From Saccostrea echinata (taxonomy: Eukaryota), in assembly GCF_033153115.1 (NCBI RefSeq), contig NW_026889809.1:4898001-4962000 (forward strand): 64,000 bases of DNA, written 5' to 3'. Shown in pieces: positions 62,266 through 64,000 of this stretch. Below the pieces are notes generated by a model, which was not told the DNA's origin, did no database searches, and was given only the letters and a program-made list of their open reading frames with translations. A program made the translations under genes and the position numbers. Numbering within the stretch: position 1 is the first letter of the stretch; every line of letters starts with the position of its first letter.

Positions 62266-64000
62266 CCAGATGAGAAAATGATAGGCTACACATTTACTTT
62301 AAAATAATGACAGTACCTCCAGTGTTTAATTTGATAGTGCAATATTTTGATATCTTTAAAATACATAAATATGATACAGGCAATAGTACAACAGGGACTT
62401 ATAAGCAGATAAGTATATTATAAACGAACCTATTGAAAAACATACAAGTACTCTAAAAAAAAAAAAAACAAGCCTTGAAAATTCAACAAGAAGAATAAAA
62501 TTTAGAAAATTGTTCAAATAGAGAAATTTAAATTATGTGATACATTTCTAACCTACATGAACAAATTAAAAACACTGATGACATAACTCACCATACCCTG
62601 TCGAGAACAAAAAAAAAACCCTATCGCAATGTGCTCGTCAAGGTGAAAAATTTTCTTGAAATCTCTTATTTAAATTGTATTGTATTTAAACGTAGTGGAG
62701 ATCTCACCACTTTTCGAATTCATCGGGATTTTACGGCTCATCCGTATGGTAAGAATAGAGAACTTTGACGCCGAATGTCTAATCAAGCAAACGTTTGCTA
62801 CAACAGAAGATAAATGAACATCGTCAAAATCCTTTTAGATAGAGACGAAATTCCTTGACATTTCGTTGCTAGCAACTGCTAGATGTTCATCTGATTTTTG
62901 ACGATTAAAATGACGCATTTACAACTAAAAGAGGGAGAATATACATCGACAATATATTCTTTGGTAAGTAATCTAGTAACTTTTCCTTCTTTTAAATCTA
63001 TGATTTCCCCGACAAGTATTTTTTTTTTCATTTTTTTTTTCACTCTGTTCAACATTTAGATAAAAGACCAGCGATATAATGATGCAGTTCAACTTCTTAG
63101 TAGTCAAGTCCAGGGACACACAAAGGTAAGAAATAATTAATATGACACTCAAGCTCAATAAAATGGTGCAAATGATGTCGCTGGGGGTTAAGCGTAAAAA
63201 AATAATGAAATGTCAAAGAAAATACTTTTTGAATGAATGCATGAATATGTAACCTTTAAGGCAAAAATACAAAAATGAAGTGAACAAATCATATTGAGAT
63301 ATTTTATTTGGCATATAGTGATTTTTTGAAACGTACGTTACTGTCGCCAACATCGAATAATTACACTTAAATGGCTATTTTTTGTACAAATAACAGTTGA
63401 ATCTTAAATTAGATAGCATATATCTTCAAAACATTTATTTGTAAAATGCTTTTAATAAATTATTGAGCATAATCACAAATATATTACCAAACTTTGATCT
63501 GATATCCCCATGTCGCCAGAAACAAAATAAAAACGGACCGTGACATTAAATATAGTATGAGTATTAGGTATTGTATGCCTGTAAGATTGGAATACGTTTT
63601 ATTTTGAAGGAAACTTCTTGAAAATTAAAAAAAAATGTTACAAAGCCTTGTATATGTTACCAATACTTTGAAATTACATTCTATCTTCCTATTTTACATG
63701 CGTATGGATAGGCATGAAACATTCGTTGTATTAGTTTAATAGATGAAATAGAATGATATCATAGTTAAACATGTGATACTTTTTCTTCTATCCAACAACT
63801 GTATTCCATGCTCCAAACATGATTTAACAATGTCTTATTGTTAGCTTACTATTTAAGAGAAAATGATTAAATGAAACAACCGTTACCGAAACATTCGTTA
63901 CCAAACCTCTTAAAAAAGAATGATTTATGAGTTCAAACATCTTCTGCACATATACGTAGTCAAATATTTTGCGCCAGTATTCAAATTTTGACATCCGGAG

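Overview
AT-rich eukaryotic genomic DNA with spliceosomal introns. The repeat families (Cg170-like satellite, Pearl/HINE-type Helentron derivatives, tRNA-SINE, Penelope-like remnants) suggest an oyster or other bivalve; this taxon call is inference from recalled repeat consensus. I reconstructed five protein-coding genes by hand. (1) One large exon (TM1-TM5) of a leucokinin/tachykinin-type neuropeptide GPCR (-). (2) A complete 4-exon gene for a secreted two-Ig-domain protein (+). (3) A paralogous V-V-Ig-plus-mucin-stalk gene whose first exon I could not find (+). (4) A complete 14-exon iRhom/RHBDF gene (-). (5) An 8-exon ZCCHC7/AIR1-like gene (-). The rest is mostly nested non-autonomous transposons, retroelement fragments and minisatellites, plus one N gap. 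The most unusual observations are three tandem duplications of intron/exon acceptor junctions (nine units in the Ig-mucin gene, where every upstream acceptor leads to a stop), the lectin-less secreted Ig paralog pair, and a covarying structured RNA at the 3' end of about 11 Penelope-like fragments. All coordinates and splice sites were read by eye and are unverified by alignment or transcripts.
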